This document shows, in pieces, positions 44,443 through 59,154 of a DNA stretch of 64,000 nt (the stretch's first letter is position 1; every line of letters starts with the position of its first letter). The DNA is from Eledone cirrhosa (lineage: Eukaryota): positions 54,250,001 through 54,314,000 of the forward strand of contig OZ024747.1 in NCBI GenBank assembly GCA_964016885.1, written 5' to 3'. A model generated the notes under the pieces. It searched no databases, was not told the DNA's origin, and saw only the letters and a program-made list of their open reading frames with translations. The position numbers were made by a program, and so were the translations under genes.

Positions 44443-44547
<105 letters not shown>

Positions 44548-45665
44548 CCAGCGACTTAGCTAAACATTTAGTCTGGTATCCAGATGTTCTCAATACACGT
44601 TAAAACATGTGTTCTTGGTGAAGGTTAACGATTTAAAAATGTATGGAAGTACGGGTTTGATTTCCTCGAACGAAATTTTATAAAAAAAGGAAACGAATAT
44701 ATATGTTACTCCTTCTCATTAACATACATATATACATACATACATATAAATAAATATATATATATATATATATACATATATATATAGAGAGAGAGAGAGA
44801 GAGAAAGAGGGGAGAGAGAGAGATAAATGTAGGGAGAGCGAGACGTGTGTGTGTTTATATCTGTATGTGTTTGTGTGTAAATCATTTTTTTTAGTAACCA
44901 TGTGTAGCGGGTAGGGAATAGTTATATGATCTGTACAGTTGTTCCCTCATCACGTGTAGTGTTGATATATATGATATGACGTGATCACATGTTAAGGCAA
45001 TCTATGGTAAAGAATTAAAAACCAAGCATAATGCTACAGACATGACTACTCCAAGAACGACATGTGTTAATGATGACATGTCACATGGTTACAGCTTAAT
45101 ATTGTACCACGGGAAAAATCTTTATATATTTATACGCCATAAAAAAAGCGCCAATCTCGGCGGACTACTTTGCGATAAAGGAATCTGGAAGAAATAGAAC
45201 ACAAATCGCAACGAAATCACATTATACCGTCGTAAAAGATGGATTTCTCATTAATAATCAGACATGATTACTAGACATAGGTCACAATGTTTTGTTCCAT
45301 TGACATGCGCTTTTGCTTTATCTGATATTGCAGTGATGATGGGGTCTTAATTAAAATCAAACGAACAGGCATTTACGTTCATGCTCACACACACACACAT
45401 ACACTTATATATATATATATACACTTATATATACACTTATATATATATATATGCAGTATAGTATAATAAACCTTTAAGGAATTACACCAGTCCAGCCTCC
45501 TGTTATTTTATAATAACTAACTCCGTACTTGCATTACCAACAACACAAACGAAGAAGGGTGAGTTGCATGACGTCGAGTGCTCTCCCTAATATTACATCG
45601 TGGTTGACCATACGGAATGACCAGTCCTATCCAGTGGTCAACCAACAAACCTAAATGTATATATG

Positions 45666-45754
<89 letters not shown>

Positions 45755-45789
45755 TGTGTGTGTGTGTGTTTATATATTTATATATATAT

Positions 45790-45917
45790 ATTTAATATAG
45801 AAATGGCTTCTACAGGACTAGAACTGTTTCATTCGGGAAATAACCATGAGGAGCTTCCTGGTGATTTCTCCTGTATGATAAAATTGTAGTCCTGTAGGAG
45901 CGATTTCTCTATTAAAT
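45790..45917. repeat. Imperfect foldback related to 25228-25290
   Basis: ATTTAATATAGAAATGGCTTCTACAGGACTA / TAGTCCTGTAGGAGCGATTTCTCTATTAAAT. Shares CTACAGGACTAGAACTGTTTCATTC with about 25246-25270. Confidence 0.6.
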
Positions 45918-45959
45918 ATTTAGACTATGCTATGTATTGTATACCTTACTTCATGTGGT

Positions 45960-46000
45960 TAGTAGTAGTAGTGGTAGTAGTAGTGGTGGTGGTATTAGCG

Positions 46001-46080
<80 letters not shown>

Positions 46081-46101
46081 CGTAGTAGTAGTAGTAGTAG
46101 T
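45960..46101. repeat. (TAG)n microsatellite
   Basis: Direct reading. Confidence 0.95.
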
Positions 46102-46401
46102 ACTAGACGTCTTGAGTTTGCATAGTATGTCTCGATCATTGTTGCATAATTAAAACTTATCTACTTTAAATAAATACCACCAATACGACAGTGTACATGA
46201 TGATGATAATGATGATGATGATGAAATTCCTCTTCCTGCTATTGCTCCTCATCTTCCACATAACTTTATTCCCCATCATCTTCATCTTCATTGTCTTCTT
46301 CAACATCATTATCATACACACGACCACTATCGATAAACATATAAACGCATATATATCTCTAAGAGAGAACATTAATTAATTGCAAAACTGCAGGTGTTTG
46401 A

Positions 46402-46492
<91 letters not shown>

Positions 46493-46671
46493 TTATATAC
46501 ACATATATGTAAAGTTTTCCTCCAATTTGACGCCTTAATCGTATGTCTTTATGTCATGTGTTCTTTATGATCCTATGCTCAAATACAATATGTAGATATA
46601 TATGCATTCATAGAATTATGCTTGAACACAAACGCTCACAAATACACATACACTTACACACATATAGACAT

Positions 46672-46704
<33 letters not shown>

Positions 46705-46787
46705 CATACATATATATATGTATATATATATATGTATATATATATGCATGTATATATATGTATATATATATATGTATATATATATGC

Positions 46788-46860
<73 letters not shown>

Positions 46861-48068
46861 TGAGAAACAATTTGTAAAAGTATGTTTTTTCTGAAAATTT
46901 ATCAACTTTTCAAAATTATTAATTACAGAAATTAATAAGTGGAGTTTGATTAACATTTGATAAATTTTATTTGTCTTTATTTATATACAATTTTGATATA
47001 TTTACCTACCATTGATTTTATTATTTATCATATATATATATTATTGTTGTTGTTGGTATCATTATTATTATTATTACTTAATTTTACTCCGTTCGCTTCG
47101 TCTCATTTTGTTTAGCCATTAGTATATCTGTTCATATACTTTCATATTTGGTGTTTTCGAATCATAAATGACTGGAAAATTAAAGAAAACAAAGTTTGCT
47201 TGTTTCTATTGTTGCTGTTGGTATTATTGTTTTTATTAGATTTTACTTTTTTTTTTATTTTTCAATGAAAATAATAACTTTCAATGAAATTATTGCAGTA
47301 AAAACTAGGTCAACATATTAGTATTACATTATTTCATATCCACGGGAATTTCTGATCATATTACACAGACACACAGACACTCACACACACACATAGACAT
47401 ACACAAACGTACACACAGACATCAGACAGACACACAAACACAGGCACACGCACACACACACATTTAAATATATACATATATAGAAACTATTACACACTGG
47501 CATATATATATGTGTGTGTATATATATATATATATATTATGCATGTGTTTATATACCTATGTGCATAAAGACATACATAGGTACATTCATATAACCACGT
47601 ACTATATAAAAAAATAAGACGTACACACTACCACAGATACAAGAACTCACACACAGGTGCAGGCATATGACGCAAATAGACAAACACACAAACATAACCC
47701 ACTGTCGCATGGAACTATATAAAAAGTTAAACACCGAAAATTAATAAAATATAAGAAAATCAATCAACACCCAGAAAATTAATCAACAACATGAAATTAT
47801 GAAAAACTAGAGAGAAATATATTTTCGATTAAAGTTTATATTTTCATTATATTTTATATATTTAGTTGTATGTTTATTTATTATTTTCCTTACCATTTTG
47901 TCGCTCTTTTAATTCCTAAGCTATTATCATTTCTCTTAATTCTTTGAATAAGTAGATTTAATGAAATACATTGAAATTGACGATACTTTTAATTAATCCA
48001 CACGACAATTGGAGCATCATTTATTTTACAAGTTGTGTTTCATTATTTGCTTAGCATAATTCTTGAGG

Positions 48069-48099
<31 letters not shown>

Positions 48100-48173
48100 A
48101 TGCTCAGAAACGAAATATATATATATATATATATATTAATATATATGTATGTATACACACACAAATAGATATA

Positions 48174-48216
<43 letters not shown>

Positions 48217-48232
48217 ACAAACACGCGCATAC

Positions 48233-48263
<31 letters not shown>

Positions 48264-49316
48264 AGTGTAAATATCCTCTGTTGCTTATCCTTTATACGTT
48301 AGTTATATTTTATTTTGTTAGTATTCTTTATTCCTTTTTTGTTTTGTTTTTATATTCATTAATTCCCACCACACACTCACACACACACAAAACAAAATTT
48401 CACACTAAAAATATTTAACACTATCAAATTAAGTAAATTGCAGGAAAATAATAATAATAACAATAATAACAACAACAATAATAATAATAAATATACGATG
48501 GTGGTAATGACGACGACGAGGCTGATGTGAAGGATGATGTATAGGGGTAGGAGGATATAGGATCTTTCAATCTATATGAAAGTGCCTTTCAGTGTATTGT
48601 ATTTCTTCGACACAAATGTGAGATATACATGGAAGAAATATAGCGTCATACATTGGCAGAATGTTTCAGAATCTAAGGAAGACCAAACTGGTCGCAGTGG
48701 ATTGTAATATCCCAATTTATAAATGACGATAGACGCACGTGTGAAATGCGAACTGAGAAGATGGAGATCTATCTCATGTTGAATAGAAATGATATATTTT
48801 GGGCTGCAACAAAATATGTTACAGATAACGGTTTCTAAATTAAGAATAAGGCCGGTAATTTTGAGGTAGAGATAAAGTTGATTGTATCGATCACAGTTTT
48901 TAATTTCTTTTTCGGATCCAGAAGATTAAAAGAAAATTTGACTTTGCCGAGGTTTGCAATCAAAACAAATATCACAAGTAATTTTGTCCGAAATTCAGAC
49001 GAATCTGTCATTCCACCACACTCAACATGTCGGTAACAGTGTTTTCTACTTTAGGTACAAGACAAACAATCTGAGGGAAGGCGAAAGTCGAGTTAATTGA
49101 CATCCGTACAGAACAGGTATTTCAGTGACTTAACAGTTCAAAAATTTAACGGTTCTAACAATCAACCACCTTCATTATATCTATAATATTGTCTACAATT
49201 ATCAATAAATATCATATACCAACAACGCTGATTTCTCCAATTGATGATAGTGATTTACCAATATCATCCAGGAATGGAAGCCGTGAAAATTCACCTTTAT
49301 ATTTAGATATATTCAT

Positions 49317-49503
49317 AACTGTTTCTACTATTGGCACAAGGCCAGAAATTACCCAGTACATTACTGGTACTTTATTTTATCGACCCCGTAAGGATGAAAG
49401 GCAAAGTTAACCTCGGCGGGATTTGAACTCAGAATAGCAAGGGCCGTAACTCTATGCATCAAAGCATGGCGTCCGACCCTCTACCGATACTGCCAATCCA
49501 CCG
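49317..49503 (-). mobile_element. tRNA-derived SINE (major family); older decayed copies at 48830-49170
   Basis: Sequence similarity to other copies. Confidence 0.85.
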
Positions 49504-50129
49504 TAACATTGTTTCATTATGTCTATGATTTCGCTCCTGAGTCATGGCTCTTGAAAGCATGTCTAGGAAAATAAAGTAGATCTATTCGACATCAGTATTA
49601 CCTGGTACTTAGGAGAATTTCATTTGATCACAGGACCAGCTAAATAGAGTAACTAAACCTCCCTCGGATTATATAATGTTGATAATTGTGATGATTTTGA
49701 AAGGAAACAGGAGGTGGATCTTATGTGAGTGTACGTTTAGGAAACATACCAATTAAACGTGGAAACCTTCTAGATGGAACTTCGGGGAAGAACTGATATC
49801 GATATGTATTGGGAATTATTTCAGCTCCTGAAGACCACTTCACATTATTCCAATTGCAGTGAAGTGTTTAATAACATATAAATGTGACCTATATATGTTA
49901 AGTGTTCATTTTGATTGACACTTAAATGTCTAGTGGGAAAATTAGATTTGTGCTAAGAAATGTAGTGGCCTTGTAAGGAAGAGAATTTGTGAGCATTCTA
50001 TGGATGGCAGGAATGTTGAAAATACAGATGAGATGGATAGACCGTTCATCATCATCAGCAGCAGTAGAAGAAGTATTCCCTTCATCCACATCAACATCAA
50101 CATCATCATCCTCAACATCATACTTCGTC

Positions 50130-50310
50130 ATTCATCACCATCATCAGCATAATCGTCATCATCATCATCGTCATCACCATCATAATCATCATCATGGTCA
50201 TCATCATCGTCATCACCATCATCATTATCCTCTACCACACCATCATCATCATCATCATGACCATCATCATTATTATCGCCATAGTGGTTGTCATCATCAT
50301 CATAATTGTC
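50130..50310. repeat. (CAT)n degenerate microsatellite
   Basis: Direct reading. Confidence 0.9.
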
Positions 50311-51131
50311 ACCAGCAAGCTATTCGTATAAATAAATATACATGGAGAGATAATACAAATATAGCGATAGATAAATATGTGTCTTGTGTTCTGTGAACTG
50401 AACACCTATGTTTCAATAATCAATAATGTCTGTCACTATTCTTACGAAGAATATGGAATGATAAAATTGTTTAATCAGGGGAGATTACTGGTCAACATTT
50501 TTAACATCCTCTGTTGTATGGATCTACACACGTTAACACTAATTTGTCTATATATCGATTGATCTCCCTCGTAACACATATATACTTCTATATGTGCAAC
50601 TGTATCACGCTAGGAGTGTTTGTGTAGTTAATAAATTGTCCTGCGTCGTAACTAAATGTTTCGGGTTCGATCTCAATATGCGAAACCTTTGGGAAATTGA
50701 TATTCCGCCATATTTTCCCTTCGAACACAGCTTCATATAACAGCCAATGGGCCCTCAAATCATAACTTACAGAAACATCAAGTTACATTTAATTATGTAG
50801 TGATTTACATCTAGCCATAGGGACGACGACGCGGCGTTTCGTCGGCATTGTAAGCCTGGCGGAGCCCATCCCACTCCAGGCCTGAGTACAGCAGATTTCT
50901 TCTAGAGAAATATAGAAAGTGAGAGACAGGAAACGAAATAGAGATATAGAGGAAGAATCGAGCCCAGTAGTAGACTGGTACTTTTTAATCGACCGCGAAA
51001 GACAAAGTTGAGTTCGACGAGGCTTGAACTCGGAGAGCAGATAACCAGAACGAAACCATAAAACACTCTATCCGACGTTCAAACGAATCTGCAAATTCAC
51101 CGCCTATATCAGCTGGAATAGGTTTAATAAT

Positions 51132-51317
51132 TGTTTCTACGTTAGGCACAAGGCCACCAATTACCCAGTGCATTACTGGTACTTTATTTTATCGACCCCG
51201 TAAGGATTAAAGGCAAAGTTAACCTTGGCGGGATTTGAACTTAGAATGGCAAGGGCGGTAACCCTATACGTCAAAGCATGGCGTCCGACCCTCTACCAAT
51301 ACTGCCAATCCACCGCC
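51132..51317 (-). mobile_element. Full-length SINE with a 19-bp target-site duplication
   Basis: CTGGAATAGGTTTAATAAT at 51113-51131 and 51318-51336. Confidence 0.9.
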
Positions 51318-51645
51318 CTGGAATAGGTTTAATAATAGACGTCCGAATGTGGTCCATTGGCAGAGTTGCTAAAACATCGGAGAGGATATGTCGCAATATC
51401 TTACAGCTCTCTGATTTCTGAGTTCCAAGTAAATTTTTGCCGGGTCACATTTAACTTAAATCCTCTTATGTCCGATGAATGTTTCTCCCTCTTTCTTCCC
51501 TTTCCCACTTTCTCTCTCTAATGATCTCATTTTCCAGCTGTCACCTCATGGACGTTCCACTGAATCATAGCGTGCCCTGTGGAGAGGGTGTCTATGCCTG
51601 CTCATAACAACATGATCACCTAAAGTATTTATAGCATGCATAGAA

Positions 51646-51731
51646 TAATCTACCACGTTATATTCGATTACGACTCATGTTTATAAATCATTATAAACAG
51701 CAGTCGCAATCGAATATAACGTGGTAGATTA
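51646..51731. mobile_element. 86-bp hairpin, mini-MITE-like
   Basis: TAATCTACCACGTTATATTCGATT...AATCGAATATAACGTGGTAGATTA. Confidence 0.7.
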
Positions 51732-51740
51732 TACAATTAA

Positions 51741-52290
51741 AGGGCGGTGAATTGGCAGTATCGGTAGAGGGTTGGACGCCATGCTTTCTAGCATAGTTAC
51801 GTCCCTTTACAGTCTGAGTTCAAATCCCGCCGAGGTTAACTTTGCCTTTCATCCTTACGGGGTCGATAAAATAAAGTACCAGTAATGTACTGATATAATT
51901 GATGGCCTTGTGCCTAAAGTAGAAACAATTATAAACACTAGAGAAATCATTATTATTTAAAAGTAAAGGGCGGTGAATTGGCAGTATCAGTAGAACGTCG
52001 GACATCTTGCTTCGCAGCATAGAATTACGTCACTTTACGTTCTTTGCCTTTCACATTTACGGGTTCGATAAAAGAAAGTACCAGTTACTCACTGTAGTCG
52101 ATTTAATCGACTTTAGCCACCCACCAAATTGTTGGCCTTGTACCTAAATCAGAAACCATCCCTTTACGGACTGAGTTCAAATCCCGCCGAGGTTAACTTT
52201 GCCTTTCATCTTTACGGGGTCGATAAAATAAAGTACCTGTAATACACTGGGATAATTGCTGGCCTTGTGCCAAAAAGTAGAAACAATTAT
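51741..52290 (+). mobile_element. Three tandem major-family SINE copies
   Basis: 51741-51930, 51968-52158 and 52160-52290 (5'-truncated). Confidence 0.85.
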
Positions 52291-52860
52291 TATTTCAAAA
52301 TAATGAAATAATTATAACAATAATAATTTTCATATGAACTATATTCTATCTGGCGTATCAGTGACTAAATTGTAAATATAAATATAAATACCTTGATAAC
52401 TATGGAATGGTACGAATTTGATGGTGATTGTTCGATCAATAGAACAAAATCGTTCAGGGCCGAACAGGCCAAAAAGCTATGTACATTTAATATACTGTCC
52501 ATGAAGATTTAGTGTGTCACAATATGTTACACATCTCGTCCTTTGATCGTATTCACAGTCCAGATTTGATCTACACAGTTTTACTCACGAGGCTTAGACG
52601 ACTTGGCACCATAACACTTGCCCACGATACAACGCAGTAAATTTGAATCTGGGCCATAATGATTGAGAAACGTACTTCTTAACCATTATGTTATGATGCA
52701 ATCCTGATTACTATAACAAAACACTAGCGAATATTAGTATTATAAAACAAAGAAATTAATTACTAACTATAAGTATTTTTGAATTAAAAAAAAGTGTGAT
52801 TCTACTGATATACGTATGTTCCAATTCATGGACGGTCATCGTCGCCGCCGTTGTCGTCAT

Positions 52861-53415
52861 GCTTCTTCTTCTTCTTCTTCTTCTTCTTCTTCTTCTTCTT
52901 GGTGGGTGAAGTCCACAAACACTCCTTCCTGTGGAAGCAACCGTCTCCAACTGATCCGGCCGGATCCCTAAGAGAGACCAATCGAGTTCGTGGTTTTTAT
53001 CCAACTACCTTGAGCGGGGTCTATCCCTGGGTCGGTCTCCTAACGGTTGGTTTTGCCCGTAAAATCTGTCGTCCTGCATTTATTTCCTGAAACATACTAA
53101 CCACATGCCCATAGTATAAGAGCTGTGATCTCTCAATTCGGAGAAGTAGTGGCTCTACCTGGAGTGATTCTCTGATCTCTGATCTACGCACTGTATCGAA
53201 TAACGTTATTCCAAAGACCCGTAGGAGAAACCCCATTTCGGCCATTTTGTCAGTCGTATTCTCTCGATTATTACCTAAGTTTCATAACCATAGGTAAGGT
53301 TGGCACGGAAGCTGAATTGAAGATAAGGACTTTGGCTTTTACACCTACCTCCCTTTTTCTGGTTACCGAATACTGAAGCTGGCGCATTAAAGCACTAGCT
53401 CCTGCAATTCGAGGA
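52861..53415 (-). mobile_element. RTE-clade LINE 3' end with a (GAA)n tail
   Basis: AEMGFLLRVFGITLFDTVRRSEIRESLQVEPLLLRIERSQLLYYGHVVSM...RRPTQG. (TTC)n at 52862-52900. Confidence 0.8.
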
Positions 53416-53436
53416 GGATTATTATGATGAATATGC

Positions 53437-53563
53437 TTTACGGACTGAGTTCAAATCCCGCCGAGGTTAACTTTGCCTTTCATCCTTACGGGGTCGATAA
53501 AATAATGTACCAGTAATACACTGAGATAATTGCTGGCCTTGTGCCAACAGTAGAAACAATTAT
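53437..53563 (+). mobile_element. 5'-truncated major SINE
   Basis: Sequence similarity to other copies. Confidence 0.8.
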
Positions 53564-54718
53564 TATGATGAATGTAATGAGAATGACGATGATGATGATA
53601 ACGAAGCTTCTGCTGCTTCTGCTACTGCTGCTACTGCTGCTGCTGCTGCTACTGCTGCCGCTACTGCTGCTGCTACTGCTGCTATTGCTACTGATGATGA
53701 TGATGATAGTGAAGATAAAGACCACAATAATGTCCACGTCGACAACAACAATGATGACGATGATCACGTTTGCGATGATAACAACGACGATAACGTGACA
53801 ACGACGACTATGTCAGCGATGATGACAAAGTCGACGATAGTGATGATGGTGTGTAAGTTTAAATATTCAGTAATAATTTGGTGGTAAAATAAAGATGTAC
53901 GAAATAGCATCAGAAAGGAAAATCACATAAAAATATTCACTTATCATTAAAAAAGATTTCAAATTTTAACCTTTGATCAATCAATGCTGGAATCATTGAA
54001 TGTTTTTCTGGGTTTTTTTTTACATTTGCATAATAATTTTTTTGTGTTTTCTTTATTTGCATGAACAAACTTTTGTATTTATTTTCATAGTATTCCCTCG
54101 TATTTCTGCTGCGTAATAAATTTTCGTACACTCATCAGAACATATATTCAAGTTAGAGATAATCAGCACGTAAACCAAAAAACGCATAGCGGCAAGTTTG
54201 ACCTAATGATATCAACCAACGAACTACACAATAAATGAATAAATAAAATAAAATAAAATAAATTTTGCTTTTCCCTACTCTAAAATTATACTCTGTATTA
54301 AAAAGTATGAATTTTTATTAATAGAACACATTTGGTTATATAAATATATCGTTAAATATTACATGATCGGGTTATAATTATATCTTCTCCATCTTGTCTC
54401 TTTATATTTTTTTTCACTTTTCGTAATGTTCCAACTTCAAAAACCTTTCATATTCTCTTGATAAACTTTATTTAAAGCTACGAATTTCTCCCAGTAATTT
54501 AAGTAATTGCTCTCGGGTTATTTCAAGGCTATTTTCAGCTACTGAAATAAATAGAAAAATAAATATATTTAATGACCCCTGCTTAGACAAATTACACTAT
54601 GAGTGTTTAAAGGATATGTATGTAAGTGAGGGAATGTAATTGAACTGTATATGAGTACAGTTATGTATGTATATGTATCTATGACAGTGTCAGTATACAC
54701 ACACGTAGATACACGCAC

Positions 54719-54775
<57 letters not shown>

Positions 54776-54998
54776 TATATATATGTGCGTAAAATATATA
54801 TTTATATCGGATTTAATTTGCTTTATTTATGATAATACACACGCATAAATATGTATAGATATATATATTCATACACACACATACATACACAAACACACTT
54901 ACACATACACGCACGCACACACACCTTACATATATATAATATACATATTAATATACACACACATATATATAGTATATATATATATATAAATATACATG

Positions 54999-55099
<101 letters not shown>

Positions 55100-55111
55100 G
55101 TATATATATAC

Positions 55112-55213
<102 letters not shown>

Positions 55214-55526
55214 AGATATGAGTATGCAATCGTGAAATATTTCTGGCTCGTTTCAAATAAATTACTGCCATAGAACTAATAAATAGGATTGCTATGGCAA
55301 CACGTTGAACTTTTAATGCCTGTTTATGAAATAAAATATAAATGAAAATCATAGAAGACAAAAAATCTAAAATTACAAAAAATTATAGCAGCCTTTGTTT
55401 TTAATGACTGCCAAAGTTCGGAAAACCTACAACTTCCATTGGTTGGAAGGGAACATGTATCTTCAAACATATTTGAACTAGATCTTGCACACACTTCACA
55501 AACCCCACAATGCACTACATGAGTAA

Positions 55527-55607
<81 letters not shown>

Positions 55608-55666
55608 CACACACACACACAAACACACACACACACACACACACGCACACACACACACACACACGT

Positions 55667-55744
<78 letters not shown>

Positions 55745-55841
55745 GTATATTTATATATAGATGTATATATATATATATATATATGTATAGATAGATAGAT
55801 AGATATATAGATGTATATATATATGTATATAATTATATATA

Positions 55842-55883
<42 letters not shown>

Positions 55884-55945
55884 TACATCTATATATAATT
55901 ATATACATATATATATATACATCTATATATCTATCTATCTATCTA

Positions 55946-56030
<85 letters not shown>

Positions 56031-56329
56031 ATATATATGTGTATATATACATAAATGTGTGTGTGAGAATCGAGAGAGGGCGGCGTGACTGAAACAGGGA
56101 GGAAACTATTATGTATGTTATAATAACAAGAAGTAATAACGACATTTTTTAACAACATTAATAAAAAACAAATGTCCCAGAATAGCATATTATATGAAAA
56201 TACAATATGTAAGTGGAAGTCATTTTAAAAATACAATTTAATGTGAGAAACAACCAGTAGAGAGTAAGGTTTAAGCCTTAAATGCGATGGAAATATTTCA
56301 TATCGTGTGTGTGTTTATTATATATATAA

Positions 56330-56356
<27 letters not shown>

Positions 56357-56363
<7 letters not shown>

Positions 56364-56760
56364 TGGTAAACGGAATAGAAAATGCTGACAAATTGTTCAC
56401 AGTTGAAAAATGGTTTAATTAGGAATAAAAGAGTATTAGTGATTGTATGGGTTAGTATTCAGTTGTGGTTTTAAGTTTTTAAGTTTTTACCGGTTGCGCA
56501 TTTCTAAATGCTTTTCAAAAATAATTTTGAGATAGAGTGTCCGTGCTGTTTGCTCTGATCAGAGCAAACAGCACGGACACTCTATCTCAAAATTATTTTT
56601 GAAAAGCATTTAGAAATGCGCAACCGGTAAAAACTTAAAAACTTAAAACCACAACTGAATACTAACCCATACAATCACTAATACTCTTTTATTCCTAATT
56701 AAACCATTTTTCAACTGTGAACAATTTGTCAGCATTTTCTATTCCGTTTACCAATATATA
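56357..56760. repeat. Perfect spacerless 404-bp palindrome
   Basis: Centre GCTCTGA|TCAGAGC at 56558/56559. The arms read as exact reverse complements out to the TA tracts. Confidence 0.9.
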
Positions 56761-56789
56761 ATAACTTGTGTGTTACACCTCTATTCTTT

Positions 56790-56903
<114 letters not shown>

Positions 56904-57355
56904 CGTATGTACATGTATATATACATGCGTATGCGCGTGAGTGTATGTGTGTCTGTGTTTGTATACGCATATGAGAATCGAGCGAGGGCGGAGTTTACTG
57001 ATACAGGGAGGAAACTCTTATGTATATATGCATATGAACAAAGTTTCTTACTCTTAACATGTATGTGCTACAATTGGTTTCGCTGTCCAGTTATAGCCAC
57101 TACAGCATATTGGAGGAGACCCTACTAAACGGGTCTTTCTTTCGGGTACATGGATAAAGATATAAACTAGGAGGTATTGCTGGCCATAGTTGATTGTTTA
57201 TTGACGGATTTCTCCCCCTCCTTCCATATATATATATAAAGAGAGCAAGGGAGAGAGAGACAGATAGATAGATATGTATATATATATATATATATATATA
57301 TGGAGAGAGAGAGAGAGAAGAGAGAGAGGGAGAGAGAGAGAGTGAGAGAGAGAGA

Positions 57356-57436
<81 letters not shown>

Positions 57437-57533
57437 TGAGAGTCTGCCCAGCTAAGACCTCTGTGAGACGACTAATGATGGAAGTACTCTATGCAATGTG
57501 GGATGCAGACTGGGTATAGTGATAGGTAAAACC

Positions 57534-57650
<117 letters not shown>

Positions 57651-58974
57651 TATATATATATTCGCTAATAACATCATCTTTTGCTGAATTATCCCAAACG
57701 ATGCATATGTTACAATGTTACAACTCTACCTACGGACTAATATTAGCAACCTGACGAAGCAACAAGTGACACCGTAAAACATAACATGCAACACAAGAAC
57801 AACACAGCAGACTAAAGAAAAAATATGTGGAAATAAATGAACTTCACCAAAGCTCATGTGGAGATGTCATTAACTCAACAAGAAAGTACACCATATAAGC
57901 AGAAAATAGCAAACATTTGTATTGTACGTACTGTCGAGAGGAAAATGTCCAAAAACGTTAAATTAATTATCAGTACCAGCAAGCCTAACAACGGTAACAC
58001 CAAGACATATTACTATATTACATGTACGTTATTACTGTTTCATGTAACGAGCTCACACAAGCAAACTGCCTTATGGGACATATTTATCAACATACATGTG
58101 TAACTGGGCTTTATCTATGTATGTATGTATTTTTGTATGCATGTATGTACGTACGTATATTTGTGTGTATGTATGAATGTATGTATGTTTTTAGGGTTAT
58201 ATGTATATATGTATTTTTGTATACATGTATGTATGTGAATATAAGTATGTATAATTGTATGTATGTTTTTATGCATGTATGTATATATGTATATATGTAT
58301 ATATGTATGCATGCGTATATGCATGTATATATGTATGTATATATATATGTATGAATGCATACATATATATATACATATATATATATAATGATCGAGAGTG
58401 AAAAAGAGAAAGGTAGATAGGTAGATAGACATATAGACATACACACATACACACACACACACATATACACAGACATATATACACATACACACACAAATAT
58501 ACACAGACATACACACATACATTTATATATACATATATATAAGTAGACGAATAACCCAAATTACACAACTGAAATAAACATCACCGTTAAACAGAGAAAA
58601 AGAAGTAGAACACTAGCAACATTTGTCTCCTTTATTAGGCACAATATAAGCTGCAATGTACCACTACATAAATAATTAGTATCACCAGAAAATCTAACAA
58701 CGTCTAAATATAACTTGCTCTAACAAACCATAAAGCGACACAATCATTTCCAAGGAAATTCATCATTCGAAAATAAACTCTGACTACAGTAGTTTCCCTC
58801 TTCTTGGTGCTTGCTGGTCTCATAGACTGGACCGTATTTTCCGTCAAGCTGATAAACATTGAATCCCTGTTCCCTAGAGTCTCCACCTCGGAGAATTACT
58901 CGTAATTGTTTTTCTTTGTTTTGTTTTGTTAATTTGTTTTGCCTGAGACTTTGACTCGTTCTAGTGAAATTAAT

Positions 58975-59154
58975 TGTTTCTACTTTAGGCACAAGGCCAG
59001 CAATTAACCAGTGCATTACTGGTACTTTATTTTATCGACCCCGTAAGGATGAAAGGCAAAGTCAACCTCGGCGGGATTTGAACTCAGATCGTAAAGGGAC
59101 GTAACTATGCTGGAAAGCATGGCGCCCGACCCTCTACCGATACTGCCAATCCAC
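58975..59154 (-). mobile_element. Major SINE with a 12-bp target-site duplication
   Basis: AGTGAAATTAAT at 58963-58974 and 59155-59166. Confidence 0.88.

Noticed and set aside
49989-50396. His-rich ORF
   Set aside because: It comes from a (CAT)n microsatellite.
54110-54152. CTGATGA-GTGTAC-GAAA on the minus strand as a hammerhead
   Set aside because: Stem I does not pair and stem II is only 2 bp. Likely chance or too decayed.
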